Positions 1-12,639 of a DNA stretch of 64,000 nucleotides are shown here, one piece after another; the stretch's first letter is position 1, and every line of letters begins with the position of its first letter. Position numbers and translations under genes: made by a program. Below the pieces are notes generated by a model. That model ran no database searches and was not told where the DNA came from. It worked only from the letters and a program-made list of their open reading frames with translations. The DNA is from Octopus vulgaris. Taxonomy: Eukaryota. Where the stretch lies: positions 38,564,001-38,628,000 of the forward strand of contig OX597836.1 of assembly GCA_951406725.2 (NCBI GenBank). Direction: 5' to 3'.

Positions 1-322
1 ATCTGGCCTCTGTGCTGGTGGCACATAAAAAACACTGAACGTGATCGTTACCAGCATCGCCTTACTGGCACCTGTGCTGATGGCATGTGTAAAAGATTCA
101 AGCGAGGTCGTTGCCACTGCTGCCTGACTGGCCCCGTGCCAGTGGCATGTAAAATCACCCACTACACTCTCGGAGTGGTTGGCGTTAGGAAGGGCATCCA
201 GCTGTAGAAACTCTGCGAGATCAAGATTGAAGCCTGGTGCAGCCATCTGGTTCGCCAGCCCTCAGTCATTCGTCCAACCCATGCTAGCATGGAAAGCGGA
301 CGTTAAACAATGATGATGATGA
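1..322 (+). mobile_element. SINE family C (3' part), (TGA)n tail
   Basis: ...ggcgttaggaagggcatccagctgtagaaactc...ccaacccatgctagcatggaaagcggacgttaaac(aatg/gat)n; near-identical copies at 23715-23992, 35972-36152 and 55192-55685. Confidence 0.85.
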
Positions 323-1262
323 AATCATTTTTTTTTAGAGAATTATGGTCACAAAAATTCAATCAGATCATGTAGTAGCAATAGCAGCAGCTTAACACCA
401 GGTAAACACTGACAGAACAGATCAATGATCAAAGACATCCCAGCCTTGACTACGCAGTCCTTTTAGAGGTGTATAAGGTCACATTACTGCTGTGTGGGTG
501 AACACAAGGTTATGTGCTTAAGAAACTTGCTTCAGGTTCAATACCAATGCATGACATCAGGGACAAGTATCTCTGTTTTAGACTGGGTAAATGAAAGCCT
601 TGCGAATTAAAGATAGAAAATGAGTGTTAAACCAATGGGGGGTTCACGGTCCTTGTTTTAGGTGGTAGTATACTTAATAAGTTCCCCATTCTAAGACTAT
701 CTGGCTTTTAGATGCCTTTAGTTGGAATTCAGGCAAATTACCAATATAAAGATAGCTTCTCTCTCTCTTTCTCTGATTAGTCTTGGAAACCCCACAGTAT
801 AAAACCATTGCAAGAGATGCTTTTCCTCTTCTGATGATGAAAACAAAATATGTGTCCTTTCTTTTACCAAGATGCTGAGGTTTGAGTTGACAGTGATTTG
901 GATAATATTCTAGGAGGTTGAGCAACTATGTAGAGGTTCCCACTTTAGCTCATGATTATATGATGCAGAGGACATAATGTGTCTGAAGGGCTTCCAAGAA
1001 CTCTCTCTCTAACACATTATTATTGAAAGTGGGAGTATATGACTTGGGTATTAAAGAGATTAAAGCTCAGATAAACCCATTATTTAAATGTATCTTTCAA
1101 CGATGAATCATACATGTGTCTGTGTGTCTGTGATTTGTACATATATACTCTCAGACATACACATACACCACATGGGTTTTGGCTCAGTCTCACTGCATGG
1201 CACCAGTGTTTTCTACTATAGTCCCAGGTCAACCAAGACCTTATGATAGATTTGGTCTGATG

Positions 1263-1312
1263 ATGTATGTATGTATGTATGTATGTATGTATGTATGTAT
1301 GTATGTATGTAC

Positions 1313-1343
<31 letters not shown>

Positions 1344-1390
1344 CGTACGTATGTATGTACGTATGTACGCATGCATGCACGCATGTAAGT
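1263..1390. repeat. (TATG)n microsatellite
   Basis: direct reading; explains ORFs 1080-1412 and 1179-1388. Confidence 0.95.
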
Positions 1391-1814
1391 ATGTGTTTTT
1401 TAAACTATGCATCAGCTGACACAGATACTGAGGAAATTATACATTAATTTGTTCTTGCTACAATTAAGAATTTCATTGTAAGAAAATTATCTAAAATCTG
1501 ATTTAAAATTGAAAGAGTTTCCGTGAGCCAATACCTTAGGACATAGTCATCACACATGCCTACACACACACACACACACAGACACACACACTGGAACAAT
1601 GAATAATATCCTCATTTTAAAATAATCAATTACTGCATGCTACCATGGTAAAGGGTGGGGTGGGGGAGAGAAGTGTGCAGTATTGGTTATTACATCATCT
1701 TGTCAGAAATGCCAAACGTTCTACCATTTAAGTTCACAATTTGATATCTTTCTTCAGCTGACATCGGCTTAAAGCATTGCTTTCACCTGCACCATGGATC
1801 AACCGTTTTCCTTT

Positions 1815-2124
1815 CATACATACACACACATATATATATATATATATATACACATACATTCACACATATATATATATATACAGATATGTGTACACATATA
1901 TATACATACATATATAGATATATGTACACACATATATATACATATATAGATATATGTACACACATATATTCAGATATAAATATATACACACATACACACA
2001 CAATATATATATACATACATACAGACATACATACATACATATATACACATACAGACATACATACATATATATACACATATATATACATATATGTGTACAC
2101 ACATATATTCAGATATAAATATAT

Positions 2125-2181
<57 letters not shown>

Positions 2182-2205
2182 ATGAATGTATGTATGTATG
2201 CATAT
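1815..2205. repeat. compound (TA)n/(CA)n/(CATA)n microsatellite
   Basis: direct reading; explains the low-complexity ORFs at 1783-2291. Confidence 0.95.
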
Positions 2206-2770
2206 GTGTAAGCTTGCCTCACTCATGTCAGATAAAGTGCTTAATATTTAATTACTTACTCATCTATATTAAAGTCACCCTTTCAAATTAGTTGTTACGC
2301 AATCAATAAATACTAACTCCTTCCTTTCTAGTCTCGACAAATATGCAGCCTGTACTACTATCACACTTTATACAGTCGGCTTTTCACACACAGAATGATA
2401 CTTTATTGCCAACAGAAGTAACAGTTTATAAACTGCCCCAACACCTTAGTTAAATTCCTTTCACTTAATTCAACAAAAGACCCTTTACACAATAGATCAA
2501 TCTCCTAGAAATAGAAACCAAATTTATCTTAAACCCTATTGTTACCATATTTCTCTCTAAGTACATTACTTTTGTTTCAATAAATTTTGAAAATAACAGG
2601 TGTGGCTGTGTGGTAAGAAGGTTGTTTCCCAACCACATGGTGCTAAGTTCAATCTCACTGTATGGCACCTTAAGCAAGTGTCTACTACAGCCTCAGGCTA
2701 ACCAAACCCTTGTGAGTGAATAAGGTAGACAGAAAGTAAAAGAAGCCCATTGTATATATATATATATATA

Positions 2771-4445
2771 TCTTATTATAAAAGGCAGATTTTATCTGCC
2801 TCCCTTTGTCAGTTATAGAAATCTACAATATAGGATTTCTTCAATTACAATTTACCTAGCATTTTTAAGAGTAGAATGCATCGGGTTTTGCCAGGTCCGG
2901 TTTTTAAAATTTCAACCCCAATTAAGCAAAATTTACAGAAAACTCACATTCTGGTGTGTATGTCAAATGCTTTTCTTAATGTGGTTTACACCACACGCAA
3001 ACGCACACACACAGTGTGCAACGAATAAAATGAAAGTAATTGGAAGAGAGTAAATAGCGACAGTGATTTGAGGAAGACTAAACTGAAAGTATTTAAACCA
3101 CTACTCAAAAAATAAAAAAACACAGCAAACAGAAACAAATAAATACATAACGATTTACTCCTCACACAATTTCTTCAATTAGAGTTTACCTAAGATTTTT
3201 CAAAGTACTCCATTCGGTCATGCCATAATATATTTCTTTCAATTTCACCCCCAATTAAGACAAAATTCGAGAAAACTCAATATTTTAACATTTCACTCCG
3301 AAAGCATTGATGTACATGTGTGCGTGCGTGAGTGTGTGTGTGTGTGTGTGTTTGATGGGTTGTGCGACACAGAAAGTGTGGTGTGTAAGTGAAGTGCTTT
3401 TGTTAGTGTGTGTAAAGAGACAGACAGAGTGAAAGACAGAAATAACTGAACTTTTTTTATTCACTTTTTGTAGTGAGTGACTGAGAGAGAAAAGAGAGAG
3501 AGAGGTTATGTATGTATATATGTATGTATGGCTTCAGTGACACACACACACAAAAACACATACCTACGTACACCTAAAGCATGCACACACACACACACAC
3601 ACAAGCGGAGCGCGAACTTCAAAATTTTGGTAGTATTAATTTGCGAGCGTACTTCTAAGCGCACGTAATTGAAAGTTTTCACTATGATATCATCACGTGC
3701 GAAAAAATTCGAAGGGTTTTGAACAATTGAGATACAGATGTCACGCCTGTATTGAAACCATTGCTAAGCTGCCGTAATTGCTTAATTAAGACTTTGTTTA
3801 AATTGAAAGGGGCAAATATGTGACGAGGTTGAAAAAAAATACCCCAGAAAAAAAATGTACTGCTGGTATTTATATAATTCACTACTATTTTGCTACAATG
3901 TCATGAAAAAGAAAAAATTTAGGTATGTAAATCGAATTCGCCACCCCCTTTTCCCCGTTCGCGTTTGTGTAAAAAAAAATTATTATTTAAGTTTTAAAAA
4001 TTATTTACTTTGTTCAAAAAATATTAATATTAATTAATTTTCAAGAATTATTTAATTTTATTCTGTAAAATATTAATTAATTCATTTATCTGTAAATCCG
4101 CGAGGTTGTTACTCAGGCACCTAGAATGGTAACCTTCAACTAACACTATCTCCTCCGAGACCCTGCGGCGCAAGTTGACCAAAATTGAGAGTATGGTAGA
4201 AGAAGGGTTGCTCTTCCTTCCGTGGAACATAAAATTCAAATCGGACCATGTTAACACCAAAAATTATTTACATCAAAAAGATGCTTTTTTCTATGAAAAT
4301 CCCTATTTTTTACGATTTTTTCACTGCTGTGTCGCCACTTTTCGGTGTATTTCGACCAGAAAAATGTTCACAAAATTTTTACTTTTCAAAATTACAATTC
4401 CAGTGGGTTGAAACAAACCTGAGCAACGCAGGGCGATACTGCTAG
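2771..4445 (+). mobile_element. non-autonomous Helitron
   Basis: 5' a|TCttattataaaa; 3' hairpin cctgagcaacgcagg then gatactgCTAG|t; inserted between A and T with no TSD; internal direct repeat about 2835-2950 vs 3170-3285. Confidence 0.8.
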
Positions 4446-4453
4446 TGTATATA

Positions 4454-4720
4454 TATTGGTAAAAACGGTAAGGTAACAAAAGAGAGAAAGAGACCTCAAT
4501 ATTATGTAAATAGAGGAATTTATCTGTAAATATAATAAGTGACAATTATTTGGTAGCCAAGATAAAACTCTGAGTTTTGGATGCTTTATCCGGCCATCGG
4601 AAAAACGTTTTTCCAATGGCCAGATAACTGAAGAGATGGTGGTGTGGATTTCCACCTCAGCATCCGAAACTCAGAGTTTTATCTTGGCTACCAAATAATT
4701 GTCACATATTATATTTACAG

Positions 4721-4723
<3 letters not shown>
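4454..4723. mobile_element. Penelope-like (PLE) terminal fragment in foldback configuration
   Basis: about 65-bp inverted arms 4521-4585 and 4658-4723, inner hairpin 4586-4627, hammerhead motif, (TA)n flanks. Confidence 0.6.
4618..4689 (+). ncRNA. type I hammerhead ribozyme motif (PLE-type)
   Basis: GATAA-CTGAAGA-gatg..catc-c-GAAA-CTCAGAG-TT-TTATC: stem I gataa/ttatc, conserved core, quasi-palindromic stem III, GUU cleavage triplet; 1-nt bulge at the base of stem II. Confidence 0.65.
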
Positions 4724-4755
<32 letters not shown>

Positions 4756-5000
4756 TATAAGTTTTCCTTTATGGTAGCACATTGCGTATGGCTTTTTGTA
4801 TTAAATTTGTGTGTGTGTGTGTTCCCAACTACCACTTGACAACCAGTGTTGATGTGTTTATGTCCCCATAACATATTGATTCAGCAAAATACATATACCC
4901 ATGACTATTATGATGAGGAAATGTCCAAACGAAAAGATTTGGTGAGTGACCCTCACCAGATTATATTCCTTTCTGAATAAACTGTCAATACTGACCTTGC

Positions 5001-5228
5001 TTAACCCTTTCGTATTTTGATTACTCTGTCAAATGTAATGCTTATTTATTCCCGTTGTCTTGAATTATTCAAGCATTATTTCACAGTTGTGAGATATCAC
5101 TGTGATTATTTATTTTTAGAATGACGTTATTGTAGGGTAGGTGTGAAAGGCCAGATCCAACTGCTTTGAACATAGAAACACGTAGAATATTTGACTGGAT
5201 GTGGCCGATTTAAATGCTAAAGGGTTAG
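5001..5228. mobile_element. TTAA-flanked piggyBac-type MITE family 1
   Basis: ttaaCCCTTT...AAAGGGttag termini; homologous copies at 7367, 47368 and 58589. Confidence 0.75.
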
Positions 5229-6577
5229 AGAAACTTCACATCTGGTGGTTTCAACTACTCTCTAATGTTCTAAGTGACCAACAGCCTATATAATATTGGT
5301 CTGTTAAGATTTTTAAGAAAAGAATTTGGTTTGGCAAAATTACATTACTTTATATAGTAATTGATTTTGTAGAAATATGTCACTTACATTTCATTATTTC
5401 GAATACAAATCAAAATTGCATTTTCTATGCAATTTAAACAATGTGTTATAATATATTACAACTTCCAGAAGTTGTTTCATCAAAGTAAAAATGTTCTTCC
5501 TGTTGTGATTTTTGCTTTTGTACCAATTGGCACTGGTGCAACACAAATCTAATTAAATAACTGCTGTAATACCAGTCCTGCCTGGTCTTAGAAACTAACC
5601 CTGGCAAAGAGTTCTTCCTGCCTTTATAACCCTTTAACTGCTTTTATAACCCGCAAAATAGACTTTTATAGTTATTCCTGTAATGTTGTTAAATATCAAC
5701 CAAAAATCAAACAAAAAAAACAAAAGAATTGGCAATTTTTCTGCAGGCCATGTTTGCCTCAGTAAACTTGACATATCCCAACAGAAAATAATTTCAAGCA
5801 TGACTTTCCTCAACAAAAGATAGATTTAAATATAAACTGATTCCCGCAGTTAAGGGAAATGAAATTTTGAATGGCTATATCTGCTTTCTGCAGTAAAAGG
5901 GGGTTATCACATTGCTAACCCATGCTTTTATCTACAACTGGTCCTTTCTGATTTTGATTTCTACTCTCATTCATATTCCTCAACGAATGGCTTTCGTGAC
6001 ATTTTTAGGTTTCTTTCTTTTTATTCTTCATTGATGTGGTGTTAGCGGTGTTATGGGCTGTGATGAGCTATGTGGTGTTGGTGGAGAGGATGTTAGATGA
6101 GGCAAAAGGGAAGTGAGGACTGCAGGGGCCGGCAGAAGAGTGAAAGGGGCATGCGTGGGCAGGAAGGACGTGTGGTCAGGAAGCATGTGTGGGCAGTTCG
6201 AGCTGAGACGGCAGAAAGGCAAGACGTATATAATTCACGAGTGACCGTTGATTCCACCGAGGTCAACAGGTAAGGCCTTTTGTATTTCTTTCTTCCGTTT
6301 GCTTCTTTTTCTGTTGTCCTTTTCTTCCATCACACTACAATTGGCAAATTAAAAGTGCTTGAGTCATCTCAGATGCAGTACTCGGCAAAGATGATCCAAC
6401 AAATAGACTTCTTAGACATTTCATTCCTTCTTATCCTCAAGACATAGGCCATCAGTAAATGTCAGCTCTGCTCCTTAACTAGATGAAATAAATCTGGTGC
6501 CTTGCTATTTGTATTACACACTGCTACCCACTTTCTTTTATGCATCTTGTTAAATTTATGAGATACTCTCTATTTTT

Positions 6578-6964
6578 TTTTACTTGTTTCAGTCATTTGA
6601 CTGTGGCCATGCTGGAGCACCGCCTTTAGTCGAGCAAATCGACCCCAGAACTTATTCTTTGTAAGCCTAGTACTTATTCTATCGGTCTCTTTTGCTGAAC
6701 CGCTAAGTTACAGGGATGTAAACACACCAGCATCGGTTGTCAAGTGATGTTGGGGGGACAAACACAGACACACAAACATATACACACACACATACATATA
6801 TATGACGGGCTTCTTAGTTTCCGTCAACCAAATCCACTCACAAGGCTTTGGTTGGCCAGAGGCTATAGTAGAAGACACTTGGCCAAGGTGCCATGCAGTG
6901 GGACTGAACCCGGAACCATGTGGTTTGTAAGCAAGCTACTTACCACACAGCCACTCCTATGTCT
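6578..6964 (-). mobile_element. SINE family A, full length
   Basis: tRNA-like head with A/B boxes, CORE-like ccttgggcaagtg, internal microsatellite, tail ...cagtcaaatgactgaaacaagtaaaa. Confidence 0.9.
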
Positions 6965-7035
6965 ATTATGTTACCTATTGCATGGCTGGGGACCCTGCTT
7001 CAGCCACTTGTGATATATAACAGGCTGTACCTTAA

Positions 7036-7361
7036 GTGAGGGCATGTGGTTTAGTGGTTAGGGTATTCAGTTCATGATTGTAAGGTTGTGAGCTCAATTC
7101 CTGGTGCTGTGCCGTGTCCTTGAGCAAGACACTTTATTTCACATCGTTCCCATCCACTCAACTAGCAAAAATGAGTTGTACCTGTATTTCAAAGGGTTAG
7201 CCTTGTTACATTCTGTATCATGAGGAATCTCCTTGAGAACTATGTTAAGGACACATGTGCCTGTGGAATGCACAGCCATATGCATACTAATTCCACAAGC
7301 AAGCTGTTCTATTGAATAGAACAACTGAAACACTTGTTGTAACTGAAAGAGTGTCAGTAAA
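7036..7361 (+). mobile_element. tRNA-derived CORE-type SINE (family D)
   Basis: tggtttagtggttagg A box, B box, gtgtccttgagcaagacact CORE-like block; 9-bp TSD gtaccttaa (7027-7035 and 7362-7370). Confidence 0.8.
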
Positions 7362-7366
7362 GTACC

Positions 7367-7996
7367 TTAACCTTTTAGTGTTCACATTATTCTGCCAAAA
7401 TTAATCCTTTTTCATCCTCATTGTTTTGAACTAATCAGGCATTATCTTGGTGCTATGAGATTCTAATGAGGTAGCTGTTAATTTTTAAAATGATGTTGTA
7501 GGGTTGGTGTGAGAGACCAGATCTGGCCAGTTTGAACATAAAACAGGCAGAATACTTTTGGCCAGATATACTCTTTTACTTGTTTCAGTCATTTGACTGT
7601 GGCCATGCTGGAGCACTGCCTTTAATCGAGCAAATCGACCCCAGCACTTATTCTTTTGTAAGCCCAGTACTTATTCTATCAGTCTCTTTTGCCAAACCGC
7701 TAAGTTACGGGGATGTAAACATACCAGCATCGGTTGTCAAGCGATGCTGGGGGGACAAACACAGACATACAAACACACACATGTATATATATATATATAC
7801 ATATATATGATGGGCTTCTTTCAGTTTCCGTCTACCAAATCCACTCACAAGGCTTTGGTCGGCCCGAGGCTATAGTAGAAGACACTTGCCCATGGTGCCA
7901 CGCGGTGGGACTGAACCCACGACCATGTGGTTGGTAAACAAGCTACTTACCACACAGCCACTCCGGATATGGCTGGTTTAAATGCTAAAGGGTTAA
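7367..7996. mobile_element. piggyBac-type MITE family 1 carrying a nested SINE A (7571-7964, minus strand)
   Basis: ttaaccttt...aaagggttaa; the SINE is flanked by ccagatat/ccggatat. Confidence 0.8.
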
Positions 7997-8268
7997 GAAA
8001 ATCTAGCTATCCTTTCCCGCTGTTACAGTAATATATTCCCTCTTCCTTTTCTAATACATTTGAAAGTTAGTTAAATGTTTATTCCTCAGAAACCACCCAC
8101 TAACAAAAGACAGACTTCAGTGACATACAACTATTTCCAATAAGAAAACCTGTCAATTCAAATCACTACTGACATGTAAAATAGGCAACACTGAATGTCA
8201 GTAATTATTAATGAAATATGTTTCACAAATAGATGTACAAAAATTGTGTTATACTTTAGCTAGACATT

Positions 8269-8832
8269 TTAACCCTATATTACAGGGTGGTAGCACTAAG
8301 CTTAGCACTACCACCCCGTAATTTTTCTATGGCGAGCCACCGGTTAGAGCTACCAGTCTTTGTACAATGACTGGAATATCGTAAGAGAGACAATCACTCT
8401 TATCAGCTCGCAGTGCCCCCTGTCCAGTTTCTGTGACTGAAGAGGAGATAACTCCTCCAAAATGCTTGCATCTCAGTCTGCAGGATGATTTTGGTGTATT
8501 TACACCGTTTGTCTACAAGAAATTTTCTCCATGACAAAACACAGTGAATGCCGTTCTTATGAGTTCAAACATGCCCCCATGTAACCCTATAATGCCCAAT
8601 GTTAATTCTTGATACTTCAACTACTATAATAGAAAGAAAGTTTATATTGGACAACAAATATTGTATAGATGTAGGAGTGGCTGTGTGGTAAGTAGCTTGT
8701 TTACGAACTACATGGGTCTGGGTTTAGTCCCACTGCATGGCACCTTGGGCAAGTGTCTTCTACTATAGCCTCGGGCCAACCAAAGCCTTGTGAGTGAATT
8801 TGGTAGACGGAAACTCAAAGAAGCCTGTTGTA

Positions 8833-8880
<48 letters not shown>

Positions 8881-8888
8881 TGTATGTA

Positions 8889-8933
<45 letters not shown>

Positions 8934-9232
8934 ATGTTTGTGTGTCTGAGTTTGTCCCCCCAACATTGGTTGACAACCGATGGTGTGTTTACATCCCTGT
9001 AACATAGTGGTTCGGCAAAAGAGACTAATAGAATAAGTACTAAGCTTACAAAGAATAAGTCCTGGGGTCGACTAAAGGTGGTGCTCCAGCATGGTCACAG
9101 TCAAATGACTGAAACAAGTAAAAGAGTAAGCCTTTATAACAGTTATCAGCTGCAGTAAATTTTACAGCCATGCTTTAAGATTTATGAATTATTTCATTCA
9201 CCATAATGATAATTTAGGTGCTATAGGGTTAA
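8269..9232. mobile_element. TTAA MITE (ccctata..tataggg) with a nested PLE-like insert (8280-8581) and SINE A (8668-9129, plus strand)
   Basis: ttaaCCCTATA at 8269, TATAGGGttaa at 9222-9232; 10-bp duplication taaccctata (8270-8279 and 8582-8591). Confidence 0.6.
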
Positions 9233-10398
9233 AAGAATATTTCTGTTTTAGAACTTTAAAACAAAATGATATAAATGTACAGACAAGTATTAAAACATAT
9301 TTGTAATAAAGTTAGCATATTTCCTTGTCTATTTGAAAGGTTATGTTTATACTATTGACGTGTGGAAAAAGCAATATTAGCAGTAGATTAAGTGGTATTT
9401 AGAAAAGTAGAAATATCAATGAATGACCAAGTCTGAACTAATAGATGTTCTTCTCAAACAACTTGGCATCAAAACCAAAGAGAAAGTGATGGTGATGATG
9501 AATAAAGAACTATCCATGCAATGAAGCAAGCAAAAAAAAAAAAAAATAAATAAAATAAAATAAAAAAAATAAAAATGACATTCAACAGCCAATATGTCAG
9601 AAGTAATTCACAACTTGGTAATAGTTGATATGTTGTAGTAAATGTGAGATCAAAATGTAAATATCAAAAATGTTGATCTGAAGGTCAACTTGCTTTTAGT
9701 TTACAAAGAAACAACTACTAAATATTGATTAGCTGGAAACGCTGTTTATTGCTTCATAGAGGAAAAATTCATTTGTAATACACAAGTATATTTGTATGAA
9801 CCCTCATCTGCTAATTATAATAATTTATTTGATTCCATTTTAATTTCCAAATTCTAACAGTTACAGAAACTTTGACAAACATGTAGAATTTACTCTACAA
9901 TTATTTCAATTTTTCTTTTAGATTATTCAAAAAGCAAAGAGCAAAATTAAATAAAAGCTGATATTCTGTGATCTTAGATTAAGTCAGATTTAATTAAAAC
10001 TCTCTTAAAGAACAAACAGATGGTCTCATTCAAATAGCTCTCAAAATTAATTAATTTTCTTTTTTTTTTTTTTGTTCTATTTAAAATTATGAATAGACAT
10101 ATAATTCATGTGCTGAATAAATCTTAAAAGCTTTCAAGAAATAAAGTAAATATATTGGCTTTTTGTAATCAGTGAATTTTTAAGATTTTTCATATTTGAG
10201 AAAAACATTTGTAATAAAATTCTGTTTAGGAAAGTCTTCACGCTACATAGTATCAAAGGTTCCTAAACTTATGTCTTAGACACATCGATTTATCCCACCT
10301 TTAACATCATGCAACAAAGACTCTTTGAGGAATTTGCAGATTTGATCACATTGCCATATTTGTATTAGAGAAATGAAACTTGTTATATATTTATAACT

Positions 10399-10960
10399 GG
10401 CGTGACTGTGTGGCAGGACGCTTGATTCCCAGTCACATGGTTCTAGGTTCAGTACCACTGCATGGCACCTTGGGTATGTGTCTTCTACTAAAGCCGCAGG
10501 CCGACCAAAGCCTTGTGAATGGATTTGATAGACAGAAACTGAAAGAAGCCCATCGTATTTGTGTGTGTTTGTGCGTGTGTGGTTGTGTGTGTGTGTATGT
10601 TTGTGGGTGTGTGTTTGTGTGTGTGTTTGTGTGTGTGTGTGTGTTTGTGTGTGTTTGTGAGTGTGTGTGTTTGTACGTGTGTGTGTGCATGTGTGTGTGT
10701 ATGTGTATATGTGTTTGTATGTGTATATGTATTTGTTTATATGTATGTGTTTGTGTGAGTTGCCCCACCACTGCTTGATAACTGATGTTGGAATGCTTAT
10801 GTCTCTGTAACTTAGTGGTTTGGCAAAAGAGACTGATAGAATAAGTACCAGGCATAACAAAATTAAGTACTGGGGGATCAATTCATTCAATTAAAAATCC
10901 TTGAAGGTAGTGCCCCAGCATGGCCACAGTCTGATGAATGAGACAAGAAAAATAAAAGAA
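10399..10960 (+). mobile_element. SINE family A with expanded (TG)n core
   Basis: family A head and tail. Confidence 0.9.
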
Positions 10961-10962
10961 TA

Positions 10963-11707
10963 CAGGCAGCCATGATCCTGTGGTTAAGAAGCTCACTTTG
11001 CAATCACATGGTCTCTGGTTCAATCTGACTGCACAGCATCTTGGGTAGTCCAGTGTCTTCTACTATAGCCCTGGGCTGACCAATGCTAAGTGAGTGAATT
11101 CAGTGGATGGGAACTTTGTGAAACTCATCATAAAATGCATACATCAATGTGTGTATCTTTGTGTTTGTCTCCCTCCCCCTCTACTTGAGAAGCTGGAGAG
11201 GCAGTTGGATGGAACTTACACTCGCCTCCTTATGAGAGCTCAAAATCTCTCGTGGAAGCGTCATCCAACCAAAGTACAAATACATGGGAAATTACCACCA
11301 GTATCATCTCTTGTGAAAGGTAGAAGAGTCCAGTTTGCTGGACATTGTTGTAGAGCTGAAAACGAGGTAATTTCTACTCCTCTCCTCTGGAAGCCATCTG
11401 CTCACGATACCAGAGGGTGCACACTCTCCTACCTTGATGTAATCTCCAGGGATACAGGCATCCAGCAACAGGACCTCTGTAATGCTATGATGGATGGTGA
11501 GGTCTGGCGCAACATAGTAAATTCCACTGTCTCGATCACGGTCGAACAATGATGATGATGACTACTTGATAACCAGCTTGTTTACATCCCCACAACTTAG
11601 TTGTTCAGTAAGAGAGAATGATAAAAACTGAGGTCAGTTTGTTTGACTAAGCCCTCCAAGGTAGTGCTCCAGCATGGCTACAGTCCAATGACTGAAATAA
11701 GTAAAAG
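10963..11707 (+). mobile_element. SINE family A interrupted by an RTE LINE
   Basis: head 10963-11120, tail 11562-11707. Confidence 0.8.
11189..11561 (+). mobile_element. 5'-truncated RTE-clade LINE 3' end
   Basis: LDGTYTRLLMRAQNLSWKRHPT...RRVQFAGHCCR (RTE ORF C-terminus), (TGA)n tail, 8-bp TSD ctacttga. Confidence 0.85.
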
Positions 11708-11880
11708 TATTTGTCTTCCTTTCAACAAATACTTTTTTGTTGAAAGGAAGACAAAGGTAGAATATCTTTCATTGGGACTTTAATGCTACAGTCAATATGT
11801 CAGGTAAGCTTAACAAGTTACTGATATCATCACATTGATATTTCAAATATGTTCATAGCCATGGGAACTTGCTATTCAAA

Positions 11881-12465
11881 GGTGGTGAGCTGGCAGAAAT
11901 GTTAGCACACCAGGTGAAATGCTTACTGGTATTTCATCTGCCGCTATGTTCTGAGTTCAAATTCCGCCGAGGTCGACTTTGCCTTTCATCCTTTCGGGGT
12001 CGATTAAATAAGTACCAGTTATGCATTGGGGTTGATGTAATTGACTGAATCCCTTTGTCTGTTCTTGTTTGTCTCCTCTATGTTTAGCCCCTTGTGGGTA
12101 GTAAAGAAATAGGTATTTCGTCTGCAGCTACATTCTGAGTTCAATTCCGCCGAGGTCGACTTTGCCTTTCATTCTTTCAGGGTCAATTAAATAAGTACCA
12201 GTTACGCACTGGAGTCGATATAATTGACTTAATCCCTTTGTCTGTCCTTGTTTGTCCCCTCTATGTTTAACCCTCTGTTGGCTGTAAAGAAATAAGGAAC
12301 ATTAGCACACCGGATGAAATGCTTAGCGGTATATCATCTATCTTTACATTCTGAGTTCAAATTCTGCTGTGGTCAACTTTGCTTTTCATCCTACTGGGGT
12401 CGATCTGATTGACTGCCACACCCCAAAAAAAAATTTCAGGCCTTGTGCCTAGAGTAGAAAAGAAT
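11881..12465 (+). mobile_element. tandem cluster of SINE family B (Meta-domain-like)
   Basis: ggtggtgagctggcagaaa...gagttcaaattcc...gcctttcatcctttcggggtcgattaaataagtaccag; three units. Confidence 0.9.
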
Positions 12466-12639
12466 ATTAAAGCCTTTTTTGTAGTTTATTGTTGTTGCTG
12501 TTATTTAGTCCCAGGTCACTGCCAATTGTACCGGCTTATAACCAAAGATATTTCAGTCAAGAAATTCTAGTCTGTTTTACTTTTATAGAAGACAACGTTC
12601 TCTAAAGATTTGTGATATATATATATATTTTGTAACTTA

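Larger units (their letters stand above)
2598..4890 (+). mobile_element. SINE family A split by nested insertions (head 2598-2755, tail fragment about 4800-4890)
   Basis: head ggtgtggctgtgtggtaagaag...aaagaagcccattg(ta)n; continuation ...ccacttgacaaccagtgttgatgtgtttatgtccccataac after the Helitron and the foldback element. Confidence 0.75.

Noticed and set aside
6030-6275. GC-rich stretch with TATA-like and donor-like motifs
   Set aside because: No supporting structure; probably an unclassified repeat fragment
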